Shown here one piece after another: positions 21,333 to 35,271 of a DNA stretch of 43,729 nt. The notes beneath the pieces are model-generated. The model ran no database searches, was not told the origin of the DNA, and saw only the letters and a list, made by a program, of their open reading frames with translations. The translations under genes were made by a program, and so were the position numbers. Within the stretch, counting starts at the first letter, position 1, and the number at the start of each line of letters is the position of its first letter. This DNA is from Cellvibrionales bacterium (lineage in GTDB: Bacteria; Pseudomonadota; Gammaproteobacteria; Pseudomonadales; JAHEGP01), in NCBI GenBank assembly GCA_024645065.1, contig JAHEGP010000001.1, forward strand, positions 1-43,729. The letters run 5' to 3'.

Positions 21333-22547
21333 TCAGGTCCCTGTGCCGGCCCGCTGCCCCCCGCCAACCGGGCCACGGGGACCGGCCCGGCGCAATCCAG
21401 CCAGGGATTCACCGACTCGCTCAAGGGCAAACTCAATATCGTCTGCCGTGGTGTAGCGACCCAGCGAGAAGCGCAGCGAACTCAGGGCAAGCTCACGAGA
21501 CACCCCCATAGCCTGGAGGACATGAGACGGATCGAGTGAGGCCGATGCGCAGGCAGAGCCCGTGGACAGGGCAAGATCCTTGAGAGCGATCAATAACCGC
21601 TCGCCGTCGACACCCGCAAAACTGACATTGAGGATTCCCGGCAGGCACTGTTCAGGATGGCCGTTCAACTGTACCCCGTCCATTGCCTGCATTCCCTGCC
21701 ACAAACGCGCCCGGTATTGACCGATGCGCTCTGCCTCGTCCTGCATTTCGTCGCCGGCAATCCGTGCCGCCTCCCCTAGCCCGACAATCTGGTGGGTGGC
21801 CAGCGTGCCTGAACGCATGCCCCGCTCGTGACCCCCGCCATGCATCTGGGCTTGCAGCCTCACCGCGGGGTCGCGCCGCACATAAAGCGCACCCATACCC
21901 TTGGGACCATAAAATTTATGGGCCGATATCGACACCAGGTCGACTTCGAGTTCGCGCAGATCGAGCGGCACCTTACCCACGCTCTGGGCCGCATCCACGT
22001 GAAACAGAACGCCCCGCTCCCGGCAGGTCTTCCCCAGTGCGGCGATGTCGTTCAGGGTACCGGTTTCGTTATTGGCGTGCATCAAAGACACCAGTATGGT
22101 GTCCTCGCGCAATGCCCCGGCCAGCTGCTGAACCTCGATCTGGCCGCTGCGATTGGGCTGCAGATAGGTCAGCTCGTAACCCTGCCGCTCGAGCACGGCA
22201 CAACTGTCCAGCACCGCCTTGTGCTCCGCCGACGAGCTGATGATATGCCTTCCCCGGGGTGTCGGGCCCTTTGGCCCAAAATGCTGCGCAACCCCTTTTA
22301 TGGCCAGATTATCCGACTCGGTAGCGCCCGATGTCCAAACGATTTCCCTCGGGTCGACCCGCAACAGGTCTGCCAGCTGGCTGCGCGCCAGTTCAACGGC
22401 CTCCTCGGCTTTCCAGCCATAGATATGTGAGCGCGAAGCAGGATTGCCAAAATTTCCCTCCAGAGTCAGGCACGACGCCATCGCCCCGGCTACTCGAGGA
22501 TCAACCGGCGTGGTCGCTGCATAGTCAAAATACCGCGGCAACTGCAT
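21333..22547 (-). CDS. iscS: Cysteine desulfurase IscS (PLP-dependent), with a non-canonical C-terminal tail
   Basis: 404 aa, colinear with E. coli IscS. Motifs: [17 protein letters not shown] lysine in [25 protein letters not shown], catalytic Cys loop [10 protein letters not shown]. The last ~20 aa ([19 protein letters not shown]) do not resemble the E. coli LSPLWEMYKQG tail. Confidence 0.92.
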   Translation of the reverse strand: MQLPRYFDYAATTPVDPRVAGAMASCLTLEGNFGNPASRSHIYGWKAEEAVELARSQLADLLRVDPREIVWTSGATESDNLAIKGVAQHFGPKGPTPRGRHIISSSAEHKAVLDSCAVLERQGYELTYLQPNRSGQIEVQQLAGALREDTILVSLMHANNETGTLNDIAALGKTCRERGVLFHVDAAQSVGKVPLDLRELEVDLVSISAHKFYGPKGMGALYVRRDPAVRLQAQMHGGGHERGMRSGTLATHQIVGLGEAARIAGDEMQDEAERIGQYRARLWQGMQAMDGVQLNGHPEQCLPGILNVSFAGVDGERLLIALKDLALSTGSACASASLDPSHVLQAMGVSRELALSSLRFSLGRYTTADDIEFALERVGESLAGLRRAGPRGPVGGGQRAGTGT

Positions 22548-22549
22548 CT

Positions 22550-23059
22550 TCAGATGCCCCCTTCATCGCCAACCTGGTCGAGCACTGGAATACGATCGCC
22601 GCTGACGGACCGGCGCCCTTTAAAGCTGCTATCCTGGCGTCGGGAAATACGCCGCACCTCCCGGCGCTCAACCAGGCTGGCCAGGCTGATACCGCCGAGG
22701 AAGCGATGGATTTGCTGGCTCAGGTCAGTCCACAGGACATGGGTGAGACAAACATCGCCGTCGAGGCAATTGGCGTTGCCACCGCAATTCGTGGCGTCGA
22801 TGGACTCGTCAACGGCGTCGATAATCTGCGAGGCATAGATAGCAGCCAGCGGTCGGCTCAGTTGATAACCGCCGCCGGGCCCGCGCACACTATCCACCAG
22901 GCCGTTGCGCCGGAGTTTGGCGAACAACTGTTCCAGGTAGCTGAGAGAGATTTCCTGGCGGGATGATATGTCTGCGAGGCTAACCGGCCCGTCTCCACCA
23001 TGCAGCGCGAGGTCGAGCATGGCGGTAACCGCGTAACGTCCCTTGGTGGTTAGTCGCAT
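22550..23059 (-). CDS. iscR: Fe-S cluster assembly transcriptional regulator IscR (Rrf2 family)
   Basis: [20 protein letters not shown]...[19 protein letters not shown]. The cluster ligands have exact E. coli spacing: C-x5-C-x5-C-x2-H ([16 protein letters not shown]). Confidence 0.93.
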   Translation of the reverse strand: MRLTTKGRYAVTAMLDLALHGGDGPVSLADISSRQEISLSYLEQLFAKLRRNGLVDSVRGPGGGYQLSRPLAAIYASQIIDAVDESIDATNCGGNANCLDGDVCLTHVLWTDLSQQIHRFLGGISLASLVERREVRRISRRQDSSFKGRRSVSGDRIPVLDQVGDEGGI

Positions 23060-23099
23060 TCCGATAGCACCTCACCTCACATCGACCACGGATTATTTT

Positions 23100-23124
23100 A
23101 TATCCGACGGATTCAGTCAAGTAT
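23100..23124 (-). promoter_or_regulatory. IscR type-1 binding box in the iscR promoter
   Basis: The minus strand reads ATACTTGACTGAATCCGTCGGATAT. By my hand alignment this matches 23 of 25 positions of the type-1 consensus ATASYYGACTRWWWYAGTCRRSTAT. It lies 41-65 nt upstream of the iscR ATG and is immediately followed by a TATAAA -10-like hexamer. Confidence 0.6.
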
Positions 23125-23144
23125 TCAGCGCGAAGCAGCCAGTT

Positions 23145-23888
23145 TCAAGGCCTGCGCTGGTTTAGCATTTTCTCGGTGGCACCGAGCATGCCACGGAGGA
23201 TATTGATTTCCATCTTATCGAGACGACTGCGCATAAACAGTCTGCGCAAGCGCGTCATCAGCTGCTTGGGGGTCGTTGGATCGTAAAAATCGAGGCCGAT
23301 CATGACCTGCTCATAATGCGCCAGCAAGCGCTCCAGATCATCGGCGTTGGCCAGGGTCACGTCCCATTTCTGCTCGCCGCGAGACTGCTGCTGGTGGGTT
23401 GCCATCAGGATTTCATAAGCGACCACCTGGACAGCCGCCGCCAGATTGAGGGCGCTGTATTGCTCGGAAGTAGGAATCGTCAGGTGAAAGTGGCACTGGT
23501 GCAGCTCTTCATTGCTGAGACCACTGTCCTCTCGACCAAAGACCACCGCCACCTGGTTACCCGCAGTGGCCGCCTCAACCATGCTCGCCGCGGCCGAGCG
23601 GGCATCCTGCAGCGGCCAGGGAATGCGCCGCTGCCTGGCGCTGGCGCCGACCACCACACCGCAGTCGGCGATGGCGGCATCGAGGCTGTCGACGACTACC
23701 GCGCTGTCGAGCAGGTCAGCCGCTCCCACTGCGCGCCACTCGGCTTTTTCGTGGGGAAACAATTTGGGCGCCACCAGGTACAGACGCTTGAGATCCATGA
23801 TTTTCATGGCCCTGGCGGTGGCGCCAATATTGCCGGGATGCGACGTGTTGACCAATACAACGCGGATATTATCGAGGGATGCGGACAT
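23145..23888 (-). CDS. trmJ: tRNA (cytidine/uridine-2'-O)-methyltransferase TrmJ (SpoU/TrmH class)
   Basis: MSASLDNIRVVLVNTSHPGNIGATARAMKIMDLKRLYLVAP aligns with the E. coli TrmJ N-terminus ([29 protein letters not shown]). Conserved position next to iscR. An upstream ATG at 23918 is an alternative start. Confidence 0.88.
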   Translation of the reverse strand: MSASLDNIRVVLVNTSHPGNIGATARAMKIMDLKRLYLVAPKLFPHEKAEWRAVGAADLLDSAVVVDSLDAAIADCGVVVGASARQRRIPWPLQDARSAAASMVEAATAGNQVAVVFGREDSGLSNEELHQCHFHLTIPTSEQYSALNLAAAVQVVAYEILMATHQQQSRGEQKWDVTLANADDLERLLAHYEQVMIGLDFYDPTTPKQLMTRLRRLFMRSRLDKMEINILRGMLGATEKMLNQRRP

Positions 23889-23949
23889 GCCTGTACCTGA
23901 GCTGGAATCGGTCGGCATTTTAGCAGAATTCCCGCGCGGGGTTGTAAAT

Positions 23950-23978
23950 CCGACAGTTCACATCAGTTTTGCTATAAT
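23950..23978 (+). promoter_or_regulatory. Candidate sigma70 promoter for suhB with an extended -10
   Basis: -35 CCGACA (23950-23955), 17-nt spacer, TGc-TATAAT (-10 at 23973-23978), 45 nt upstream of the suhB ATG. Confidence 0.45.
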
Positions 23979-24023
23979 CGCGCCCGCTTTGCACATCCAA
24001 GACCAATTACGCCAAGGTGTCCC

Positions 24024-24830
24024 ATGCAGCCAATGCTCAATATCGCTAACACCGCCGCCCGCAAGGCCGGCCAGCTCATTCTGCGCGCCTCGGAGGAGCT
24101 GGATATGGTCCGGGTGGAAGAAAAGGGCAAGAATGACTTTGTCAGTGAAGTTGACCGGCGCGCCGAAGACGAAATCATCTACCACCTTCGTAAAGCCTAT
24201 CCCGATCACGCCATCGAAGGTGAGGAAGGTGGTTTTAAGGAAGGCCGCAGCGGCGCCAGCGATTATGTCTGGGTGATCGACCCCCTCGACGGCACCACGA
24301 ATTTCCTGCGAGGTATTCCCCACTACGCTATTTCGATCGCCTGCAAGTACCGCGGCAAGCTGGAACATGCCCTGATTTACGACCCGGTGAGGGATGAAAC
24401 CTTTAGCGCCAGTCGTGGACGCGGCGCCAAACTCAATGACCGGCGTATCCGGGTGAGTAGCCGCAGCAGCCTCGATGGCGCCCTGATCGGCACCGGCATC
24501 CCGTTTCGCTCGCACTTGCAGGATAAACTCTCCGCCTACACCCGCAGCCTGGAAGCAGTGGCAACCCAAACCGCCGGTATTCGCAGGGCGGGTTCGGCGG
24601 CGCTGGATCTCGCCTACGTTGCAGCCGGTCGACTCGATGGCTTCTGGGAGATCGGGCTCAGGGAATGGGATATTGCGGCGGGCGCCCTGCTGATAGTAGA
24701 GGCCGGGGGACTGGTCAGCGATTTCGCCGGCGGCAACAATTACCTGAAAAGCGGCGATGTGGTCGCGGGCAACCCGAAATGCTTCAAGGCCTTATTGCAG
24801 ACGGTGAATCGCCACCTGGCGGCTTGTTGA
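24024..24830 (+). CDS. suhB: Inositol-1-monophosphatase / Nus-associated factor SuhB
   Basis: 268 aa. MQPMLNIANTAARKAG, EE..., WVIDPLDGTTNF, and the WDIAAG IMPase motifs. Divergent from trmJ, as in E. coli. Confidence 0.95.
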   Translation: MQPMLNIANTAARKAGQLILRASEELDMVRVEEKGKNDFVSEVDRRAEDEIIYHLRKAYPDHAIEGEEGGFKEGRSGASDYVWVIDPLDGTTNFLRGIPHYAISIACKYRGKLEHALIYDPVRDETFSASRGRGAKLNDRRIRVSSRSSLDGALIGTGIPFRSHLQDKLSAYTRSLEAVATQTAGIRRAGSAALDLAYVAAGRLDGFWEIGLREWDIAAGALLIVEAGGLVSDFAGGNNYLKSGDVVAGNPKCFKALLQTVNRHLAAC

Positions 24831-24858
24831 ACACAAGCAGCCTGCCTGTCAAAACACA

Positions 24859-24886
24859 AAAAGCAAACAACGTGGTTTTTGCTTTT
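24859..24886. terminator. Weak AT-rich hairpin between the convergent suhB and secF genes, a possible bidirectional terminator
   Basis: AAAAGCAAA (24859-24867) pairs with TTTGCTTTT (24878-24886) around a 10-nt loop. On the minus strand it is followed by a T-rich tract (tgtgttttg). The stem has only 2 GC pairs. Confidence 0.35.
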
Positions 24887-25042
24887 CTCATAAAATCAAA
24901 GGCTTAAAAGACTCTGTCTATGCCAAAAATATGCCGAAACGTCCATGTTTCGGTGCAGGCGGTCGAAATTCGGAGAATTTCAACAGCCCAGACTGACCTT
25001 CCCGCCGACGCCGCTCGATGCGGCCCTGCGAACGCCGCCGGC

Positions 25043-25966
25043 TCAGGGCAGGCCGTCCACTTCGCGCTCTTCCCTGGGTATCACCAACAGGTCCTCACGG
25101 CTGATATTCAGCATCAACAGGATATTCGCCGCGATATAAATCGACGAGTAGGTTCCCACCAGGATTCCTATCAGTAATGCCGTGGCGAAGCCATGGATCA
25201 TTTCACCACCAAAGTAAAACAGGGCCAACACCACAAAGATGGTGGTCAGGGACGTTACCAGGGTACGGTCCAGGGTCTCGGTCAGGGAAATATTGATAAT
25301 CTCCACCGAATCGCCCATCCGCAGCTTGCGAAAGTTTTCCCGGATTCGGTCCGCCACCACAATGGTATCGTTGAGAGAGTAACCGATAACCGCCAGGAGC
25401 GCCGCCAGTACCGTCAGGTCGAAATCGAGACGCAGGAAGGAAAACACGCCCAGGGTAATAATCACGTCGTGGATCAGGGCCACCACCGCGGCAATCGAAA
25501 ACTTGAGCTGGAAGCGCACTGCTACATAGAGCATGACCACACCCAACGCCAGCAGCATCGCCAGCCCTCCCTGTTCACGCAGCTCCTCCCCCACCTGGGG
25601 ACCAACGTATTCGAGCCTGCGCAGGGTGACGTCGGTACCGGCGGCCTGATGCAGGTTTTCGACCAGTTCAGCACCCGCTTCATCGGAGAAGCTCTGGGGA
25701 AGGCGCACCAGGATGTCCTGCTCGCTGCCAAACTGCACCACGATCGCATCGGCAAAGCCGGCCTCTGCCAGGGTGGCGCGAATATTATCCAGCGGCACCG
25801 CCTCGCCATAGACCACCTCGATCTGGGTACCGCCGGTAAAGTCCAGACCGAATGCCAGCTGCCGAGTGGCCAGCGAGACTACAGACGCCAGCACCAGCGC
25901 CAGGGACAGGCCCGCTGCAATCCAGCGCCAGCGCATAAAGTCGATCGTAGCTCGTTGTTGCTCCAT
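25043..25966 (-). CDS. secF: Protein translocase subunit SecF
   Basis: 307 aa. Six-TM SecF pattern, FGLDFTGGT, and conserved motifs of the YSLNDTIVVADRIRE type. Immediately downstream of secD. Confidence 0.95.
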   Translation of the reverse strand: MEQQRATIDFMRWRWIAAGLSLALVLASVVSLATRQLAFGLDFTGGTQIEVVYGEAVPLDNIRATLAEAGFADAIVVQFGSEQDILVRLPQSFSDEAGAELVENLHQAAGTDVTLRRLEYVGPQVGEELREQGGLAMLLALGVVMLYVAVRFQLKFSIAAVVALIHDVIITLGVFSFLRLDFDLTVLAALLAVIGYSLNDTIVVADRIRENFRKLRMGDSVEIINISLTETLDRTLVTSLTTIFVVLALFYFGGEMIHGFATALLIGILVGTYSSIYIAANILLMLNISREDLLVIPREEREVDGLP

Positions 25967-25979
25967 GTTGTTACCCTGC

Positions 25980-27833
25980 TTAAATGGAAAGTTTTTTAAG
26001 GTTTTTACCGCCGTAAACCAGGTTTACGATGCCGCGGCTCACCACAATTGCGGTAAACATTGAGGTCAGGATTCCAATAGACAGGGTGACGGCAAACCCC
26101 TTCACCGGCCCGGTGCCAACTGCGTAAAGGATCACCGCCACGATCAGGGTCGTAATATTGGCATCGAGAATTGTGGTAAACGCGCGCTCGTAACCTGCCT
26201 TGATCGCCTGCTGCGGCGACAAACCATTTTTTAACTCTTCCCTGATGCGGCCGAATATCAATACGTTGGCATCCACCGCCATACCCACCGTGAGCACGAT
26301 ACCGGCGATACCGGGCAGGGTGAGTGTGGCGGACAGGATCGACATGCAGGCCAACAACAGCCCCATATTCACCACCAGCGCGATATCGGCGACAACCCCG
26401 AAAACCCGGTAATACAACACCATGAACAGCAGTACGATGCCGAGCCCGATCTGCACCGACTTGAAGCCCTTGGCAATGTTTTCAGCGCCCAGAGACGGCC
26501 CCACGGTGCGCTCCTCGACAAAGTCGACCGGCGCAGCGAGGGCACCGGCGCGCAGCAACAGCGCCAGTTCTGCCGCCTCGGTGGGCGAGTCGAGACCGGT
26601 AATCCTAAACTGGGTGCCAAGCGCCGCGCGGATGGTCGCCAGGCTGATGATTTGCTTGACGTCGTACTTTTCCTTGATCGGTACTTCATGGCCAAAGCGG
26701 TCCTTCTCGTAACCGATGGTACGCGACTTGCGCTCGATGAACAGGACACCCAGCTTGCGATTGATGTTGTCCCGCGTGGCGCGATGCATCAGGGTACCGC
26801 CCTGGCTGTCGAGGGAGATGTTGACCTCGGGCAAACCATTCTGGTCGAAACTCGCGCGCGCATTGGAAACCCGCTCACCGGTGATCACCACCCGCTTTTC
26901 CAGCCAGGCCGACTCCATGCCGCGCTGCTGGTCACGAAATTCAAACTGTTCCCTGGATGCTTCCTCGGGCCGGGCCTCGAGGCGAAACTCGAGGTTGGCG
27001 GTTTTGCCGAGAATACGCTTGGCGGCCGCGGTATCCTGGATTCCCGGCAGCTGGACAATAATGCGGTTGCTGCCCTGCTTCTGCACCAGGGGCTCGGCGA
27101 CACCCAGTTCGTTAACCCGGTTGCGCAGGGTTGTCAGGTTCTGGTTGACCGCATCGTCGGCAATGGTCTTCAGCTCGCTCTCGGAGACCCGGGCTTCGAG
27201 CAGGTATTGATCGCCATCTTCGGAGCTTTGCCGCTCCAGGGTCGGCAGACTGTCACGCAGAACGTCTTCAGCCTGGTCCCTCAGGGCCTCGCTGGCGAAA
27301 CTACCGACAATGCGCCCATCCTGCAGTGAGACAATCCCGCGAATCCGCTGCTGACGCAGCTCCTTCTTGAAATCGTCGGTATAGGTCTCCAGTCGCTTCT
27401 GGATCGCGTTTGCGGTGTCTACCTCCAGCAAAAAGTGCACACCGCCACTTAAATCCAGCCCGAGCTTCATCGGTTGGGCGCCAATCGCGGTCAGCCAGGC
27501 GGGCGTAGTCGGGGCCAGGTTCAGGGCGACCACATAGCCGTCACCGAGAGCGCGCTGGGCCACCGCCTTGGCCCGCAACTGCAGGTCCTTGTCCTGCAGA
27601 CGAATCAACGCCCTGTCCTGCTCGACGGTTTCGCCGAAATAGGCGATCCCGGCCTCCTCCAGCGCGGCTTCGACCCGCTGCAATTCATCCGTACCCAACA
27701 CGTCGCTGCCGCTTTCTCCGCTGATCTGGATTGCCGGGTCGGGCGCGAACGCGTTGGGCAGTGCGTAAATAACGCCGATCGCGATGACGACGACAATTAA
27801 CAGGTTTTTCCACCACGGGTATTTATTCAGCAT
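25980..27833 (-). CDS. secD: Protein translocase subunit SecD
   Basis: 617 aa. MLNKYPWWKNLLIVVV, LGLDLSGGVHFLLEVD, a large periplasmic P1 domain, and the C-terminal TM bundle with DANVLIFGRIREE. Confidence 0.95.
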   Translation of the reverse strand: MLNKYPWWKNLLIVVVIAIGVIYALPNAFAPDPAIQISGESGSDVLGTDELQRVEAALEEAGIAYFGETVEQDRALIRLQDKDLQLRAKAVAQRALGDGYVVALNLAPTTPAWLTAIGAQPMKLGLDLSGGVHFLLEVDTANAIQKRLETYTDDFKKELRQQRIRGIVSLQDGRIVGSFASEALRDQAEDVLRDSLPTLERQSSEDGDQYLLEARVSESELKTIADDAVNQNLTTLRNRVNELGVAEPLVQKQGSNRIIVQLPGIQDTAAAKRILGKTANLEFRLEARPEEASREQFEFRDQQRGMESAWLEKRVVITGERVSNARASFDQNGLPEVNISLDSQGGTLMHRATRDNINRKLGVLFIERKSRTIGYEKDRFGHEVPIKEKYDVKQIISLATIRAALGTQFRITGLDSPTEAAELALLLRAGALAAPVDFVEERTVGPSLGAENIAKGFKSVQIGLGIVLLFMVLYYRVFGVVADIALVVNMGLLLACMSILSATLTLPGIAGIVLTVGMAVDANVLIFGRIREELKNGLSPQQAIKAGYERAFTTILDANITTLIVAVILYAVGTGPVKGFAVTLSIGILTSMFTAIVVSRGIVNLVYGGKNLKKLSI

Positions 27834-27980
27834 GCTTTAACCAATGTAATGACAATCTCTGAACGGCCCAAATCATGGACCAGCTAACAGGCAACCAGGG
27901 AATCAACGATTAACGGATCTAACTCACCCCCACGGGGGCGCCCATTATTATCGAAAAGCAGACGTAAACCAACGCCAATT

Positions 27981-30900
27981 TTAGTCCACCCATTGCCTGG
28001 CGTTGCGAAACAGTCGCATCCACGGGCCATCCTCGGCCCACTCGGGCGGATGCCAGGAATTCTGCACCGTGCGAAATACCCGCTCGGGATGCGGCATCAT
28101 GATCGTCGCACGGCCATCACTGCTGGTCAGTGAGGTAATGCCGCGCACCGAGCCATTTGGATTTGCGGGATAGCGTTCTGTCACCTCGATGGTGCTATCG
28201 ACATAGCGCAGCGCAACCTGGCCGCTGCTGTCACAGCGTGACATGGCATCGCTGTCGATAAACTCACAGCGACCCTCACCGTGGGCGACCGCCACCGGCA
28301 GGTGCGAACCCGCCATACCCTGCAGCAGTAACGACGGGCTGTCCTGCACCTGCACCAGCGCCACCCGCGCCTCGAATTGCTCCGACTGGTTGCGCACGAA
28401 CCGCGGCCAGTCGGCGGCCCCGGGGATCAGCTGCTTCAGGGTAGACAGCATCTGGCAGCCGTTGCACACGCCAAGGGTAAAGCTGTCGGCGCGATGAAAA
28501 AACTCGGCAAAGCTGTCCCGCAGGCGTGGATGGTAAAGAATACCCTTGGCCCAGCCCTCACCGGCACCGAGCACATCACCGTAAGAAAATCCGCCGCAGG
28601 CCACCAGCCCGGTAAAATCCGACAGCTGCCTGTTACCGCCGAGCAGATCGCTCATGTGGACGTCGATACTGGTGAAGCCGGCCCGGTCAAAGGCCGCCGC
28701 CATTTCCAGCTGGCCGTTGACCCCCTGCTCCCGCAGGATGGCGATTCGCGGTCTGGCACCCCGGGCAATAGAGGGCGCCGCGATATCCTCGCTGCAGTCG
28801 AAACTCAGTTCAGCGCTCAACCCCGGGTCATCTGCGGCAATCCGGGCAAACTCCTGCTCGGCGCAAACCGGGTTGTCGCGCAGCTTTTGCAGGTGGTAGC
28901 TGGTGGATGACCACATCTGTTGCAGTACGCAGCGCTGATTTCTGTACAACACCGCATCGCCACGGCGAATGGTGATATCCTGCTCCGCCGTCGGCCCGCC
29001 CACCCAGTGACAGCAATCCGCCAGTCTCGCGGCCTCGACTGCCCCGAGCAAGGCATCGCGATCTGAAGCACGCACCTGCAGTACGGCGCCCAGCTCCTCG
29101 CTAAACAGCGACGCCAGGTCATCCGCACCCAGCTCGGCAAGGTCGATATCCAGACCGCAGCGGCCGGCAAATGCCATCTCCAGCAGTGTCACCAGTAAGC
29201 CACCGTCGGAGCGATCGTGATAGGCGAGAATTTTTTGCTGTTGCAGCAGGGACTGAACCAGCTCAAAGAAAGCGATCAGCCGTGCCGGCTCGTCCAGATC
29301 GGCGGGCGTAGCGCCCAGCTGTTGGTAGACCTGCGCCAAACAGCTCGCTCCCAGGCGATTGCGTCCACCGCCGAGGTCGATCAATAGCAATTGTGTGGGG
29401 CCGCTGTCAGTGCGCAGCTGCGGCGTCAGCGTGTCGCGCACATCCCTTACCGGGGCAAACGCCGAGATCACCAGCGACAGCGGCGCCGTCACCGATTTGG
29501 CTCCACCGTCGTCCTCCCAACTGGTGCGCATCGACATCGAGTCCTTGCCGACCGGGATAGCGATACCCAGGGCGGGACACAGTTCCATAGCTACTGCGCG
29601 CACGGTATCAAAGAGCTTCTCGTCCTCGCCCGGGTGACCGGCAGCGCACATCCAGTTGGCCGACAATTTGATGTTGCCCAGCTTATCGATGCGGCTGGCG
29701 CAGATATTGGTGATGGCCTCGCCCACCGCCATACGCCCGGCCGCCGGCGCGTCCAGCAGTGCCGCCGGGGTGCGCTCTCCCATCGCCATGGCTTCGCCGA
29801 AGTAACTATCGAAACTGACGCTGGTAACTGCACAATCCGCCACCGGCACCTGCCACGGCCCCACCATTTGGTCGCGGCATACCATGCCCGTTATCGAACG
29901 ATCGCCAATGGTAACCAGGAAACTCTTCGAAGCTACCGTGGGTAAGTTGAGGACACGCTCTATCGCGTCACCCAGGACGATATCGCCCAGCTCGAGCGGC
30001 GCATTGTCGGCTTTGGCTCGCTCGATATTGCGCTGCATTTTTGGCGCTTTACCGAACAGTACCGACATCGGCAAATCGATGGGGCGGTTGGCGAACTCGC
30101 GGTCGTTCAACACCAGTTTTTGCTCGTCGATAGCGACGCCAACCACGGCATAGGGGCAGCGTTCGCGTCGGCAGATCGTTTCGAACCGCGCCATATTGCC
30201 GGGCGCTACAGCAAGCACGTAGCGCTCCTGCGACTCATTGCACCAGATTTCCAGCGGTGACATGCCGGGCTCTTCATTGGGCACCTGGCGCAGCTCGAAA
30301 TCACCACCGGTCTCGCCATCCTTGACCAGCTCAGGAAATGCGTTAGACAGGCCGCCGGCCCCTACGTCGTGAATGAACTCGATCGGACTGGCAGCCCCCA
30401 GGGCACAACAGCGGTCGATAACTTCCTGGCAACGCCGCTGCATTTCCGGGTTCTGGCGCTGCACCGAGGCAAAGTCGAGATCCTCGCTGGAGCTGCCGGT
30501 GGTCATACTGGATGCGGCCCCGCCGCCGAGGCCGATCAACATGGCCGGCCCTCCCAGCACGATCAGCTGGCTTCCCACGGCGAACGGGGGTTTGGCCACG
30601 TGCGCGTCACGAATATTGCCATAGCCTCCGGCGATCATGATCGGCTTGTGGTAGCCCCGCACTTCTTCACCGGCGGCGCTCTTCACCCGTTGTTCGAAGC
30701 TGCGAAAATAGCCGCAGAGATTGGGCCGACCAAATTCGTTGTTGAATGCGGCGGCGCCGATGGGTCCCTCGAGCATAATATCCAGCGCCGATACGATGCG
30801 CCCGGGCTTTCCGTAAGCCACTTCCCAGGGCTGCGGGCTGGCCGGCAGCCGCAGATTGGAGACGCTGAAGCCCGTCAGTCCCACCTTCGGTTTGGAGCCG

Positions 30901-31868
30901 CGCCCCACCGCACCCTCGTCGCGAATCTCGCCCCCCGAGCCGGTACCGGCACCGGGAAAGGGCGCTATTGCAGTGGGATGATTATGGGTTTCCACTTTCA
31001 TCAACAGGTGAACCGGCTCCTGCCGGTAACCGTACTCGCCGGAATCGGGATCAACCATGAAACGACCCGCAACCGGCCCTTCGACCACTGCGGCGTTATC
31101 GGAGTAAGCACTCAACACCCCTTCCCCGGCACACTGGTAGGTGTGCTTGATCATCTGGAACAAGGAGTGGCTCTGGGGCTGCTGGTCGATGGTCCACCGG
31201 GCGTTGAATATCTTGTGCCGGCAGTGCTCGGAGTTGGCCTGGGCAAACATCATCAACTCGACATCGGTCGGGTTGCGCCCGAGATCATTGAAACTGTCGA
31301 TCAGGTAATCGATCTCATCTTCCGCCAGCGCCAGCCCCAACTGGCTATTGGCCGCCACCAGCGCCTGGCGGCCCCCGCCGAGCAGATCGACTTCAAGCAG
31401 AGGTGCTGGTTGGTGCCTATCGAACAGGACCTCGGCCCGGCCAAAGCTGTCGAACACCGCCTCCACCATCCGATCGTGCAACAAATCAGCGACGCGTTGT
31501 CGCTCGGTGACAGCTGGCTGGCGCTCGAATTCCAGGAAATAGGCGATGCCGCGTTCGATGCGCAGTACCCTGTCGAGCTCGCAATTGCGCGCAATGTCGG
31601 TCGCCTTGCTCGACCACGGCGACACCGTGCCCGGCCGCGGCACCACCAGGAAAAGCTCGCCCCTTGGTTGTTCGCGGGGCAGCGCCGGGCCGTAGTCAAA
31701 CAGATTTTCGAGCACTTGCTGCTGGGCACTGGACAGCGCACCGCTGGTGGCGACAAAATGCACATACTGGCTGTAGATGTGCTTGACCGGCACGATACCC
31801 TGCATGGCATCGGCCAGCTTGTTGAGACGGAATTCACTGAGTGCGACTGCACCGGGCAACGTCAACAT
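27981..31868 (-). CDS. purL: Phosphoribosylformylglycinamidine synthase (large single-chain PurL)
   Basis: 1295 aa. [11 protein letters not shown], the ETHNHPTAI(A)PFPGA(G)TG core, and the C-terminal glutaminase GVCNGCQM...HPER. Confidence 0.97.
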   Translation of the reverse strand: MLTLPGAVALSEFRLNKLADAMQGIVPVKHIYSQYVHFVATSGALSSAQQQVLENLFDYGPALPREQPRGELFLVVPRPGTVSPWSSKATDIARNCELDRVLRIERGIAYFLEFERQPAVTERQRVADLLHDRMVEAVFDSFGRAEVLFDRHQPAPLLEVDLLGGGRQALVAANSQLGLALAEDEIDYLIDSFNDLGRNPTDVELMMFAQANSEHCRHKIFNARWTIDQQPQSHSLFQMIKHTYQCAGEGVLSAYSDNAAVVEGPVAGRFMVDPDSGEYGYRQEPVHLLMKVETHNHPTAIAPFPGAGTGSGGEIRDEGAVGRGSKPKVGLTGFSVSNLRLPASPQPWEVAYGKPGRIVSALDIMLEGPIGAAAFNNEFGRPNLCGYFRSFEQRVKSAAGEEVRGYHKPIMIAGGYGNIRDAHVAKPPFAVGSQLIVLGGPAMLIGLGGGAASSMTTGSSSEDLDFASVQRQNPEMQRRCQEVIDRCCALGAASPIEFIHDVGAGGLSNAFPELVKDGETGGDFELRQVPNEEPGMSPLEIWCNESQERYVLAVAPGNMARFETICRRERCPYAVVGVAIDEQKLVLNDREFANRPIDLPMSVLFGKAPKMQRNIERAKADNAPLELGDIVLGDAIERVLNLPTVASKSFLVTIGDRSITGMVCRDQMVGPWQVPVADCAVTSVSFDSYFGEAMAMGERTPAALLDAPAAGRMAVGEAITNICASRIDKLGNIKLSANWMCAAGHPGEDEKLFDTVRAVAMELCPALGIAIPVGKDSMSMRTSWEDDGGAKSVTAPLSLVISAFAPVRDVRDTLTPQLRTDSGPTQLLLIDLGGGRNRLGASCLAQVYQQLGATPADLDEPARLIAFFELVQSLLQQQKILAYHDRSDGGLLVTLLEMAFAGRCGLDIDLAELGADDLASLFSEELGAVLQVRASDRDALLGAVEAARLADCCHWVGGPTAEQDITIRRGDAVLYRNQRCVLQQMWSSTSYHLQKLRDNPVCAEQEFARIAADDPGLSAELSFDCSEDIAAPSIARGARPRIAILREQGVNGQLEMAAAFDRAGFTSIDVHMSDLLGGNRQLSDFTGLVACGGFSYGDVLGAGEGWAKGILYHPRLRDSFAEFFHRADSFTLGVCNGCQMLSTLKQLIPGAADWPRFVRNQSEQFEARVALVQVQDSPSLLLQGMAGSHLPVAVAHGEGRCEFIDSDAMSRCDSSGQVALRYVDSTIEVTERYPANPNGSVRGITSLTSSDGRATIMMPHPERVFRTVQNSWHPPEWAEDGPWMRLFRNARQWVD

Positions 31869-32131
31869 GGGCCACTCGGGTCTCCTGTGCGGGGGGTTAC
31901 TGGCTGGAAGCGGGCGGTTTGCGCCGCCGATCCGTTACAATTCAGCGGCTCCTGGGGGCGCAGGCCAATCCGATGCTGCCGCGGGAAAGGCGCGGATTGT
32001 ACTGTATTTGGCCACTAATTGCTGAAATTTTGGCGTGCCCCGACACCAACGAAACCCTGGATTATGCGCTTTTGAAAAACCCCGTGCAGCCATCATCGCC
32101 ACCGCAACCCGGACCTTGCGCAAAAGCCGGG

Positions 32132-35267
<3,136 letters not shown>

Positions 35268-35271
<4 letters not shown>

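Noticed and set aside
27927-27938. CCCCC-ac-GGGGG hairpin as a purL terminator
   Set aside because: The stem is effectively only 4-5 bp with a tiny loop and no following T-tract on the minus strand. That is too weak to call.
30369-32018. 549-aa plus-strand ORF
   Set aside because: It is antisense to purL, which is full-length and motif-complete. The ORF is Gly/Arg/His/Pro-rich with no motif or plausible RBS, so it is a shadow ORF.
31841-32131. The long N-terminal extension of mltF in the ORF track, and likewise 42466-42777 for the wHTH-TPR regulator and 38640-38711 for jetC
   Set aside because: The extensions overlap neighbouring genes, lack homology and precede clear native N-termini: the lipoprotein signal of MltF, the wHTH start MILAFGHFELD, and the conserved JetC N-terminus coupled to the jetB stop.
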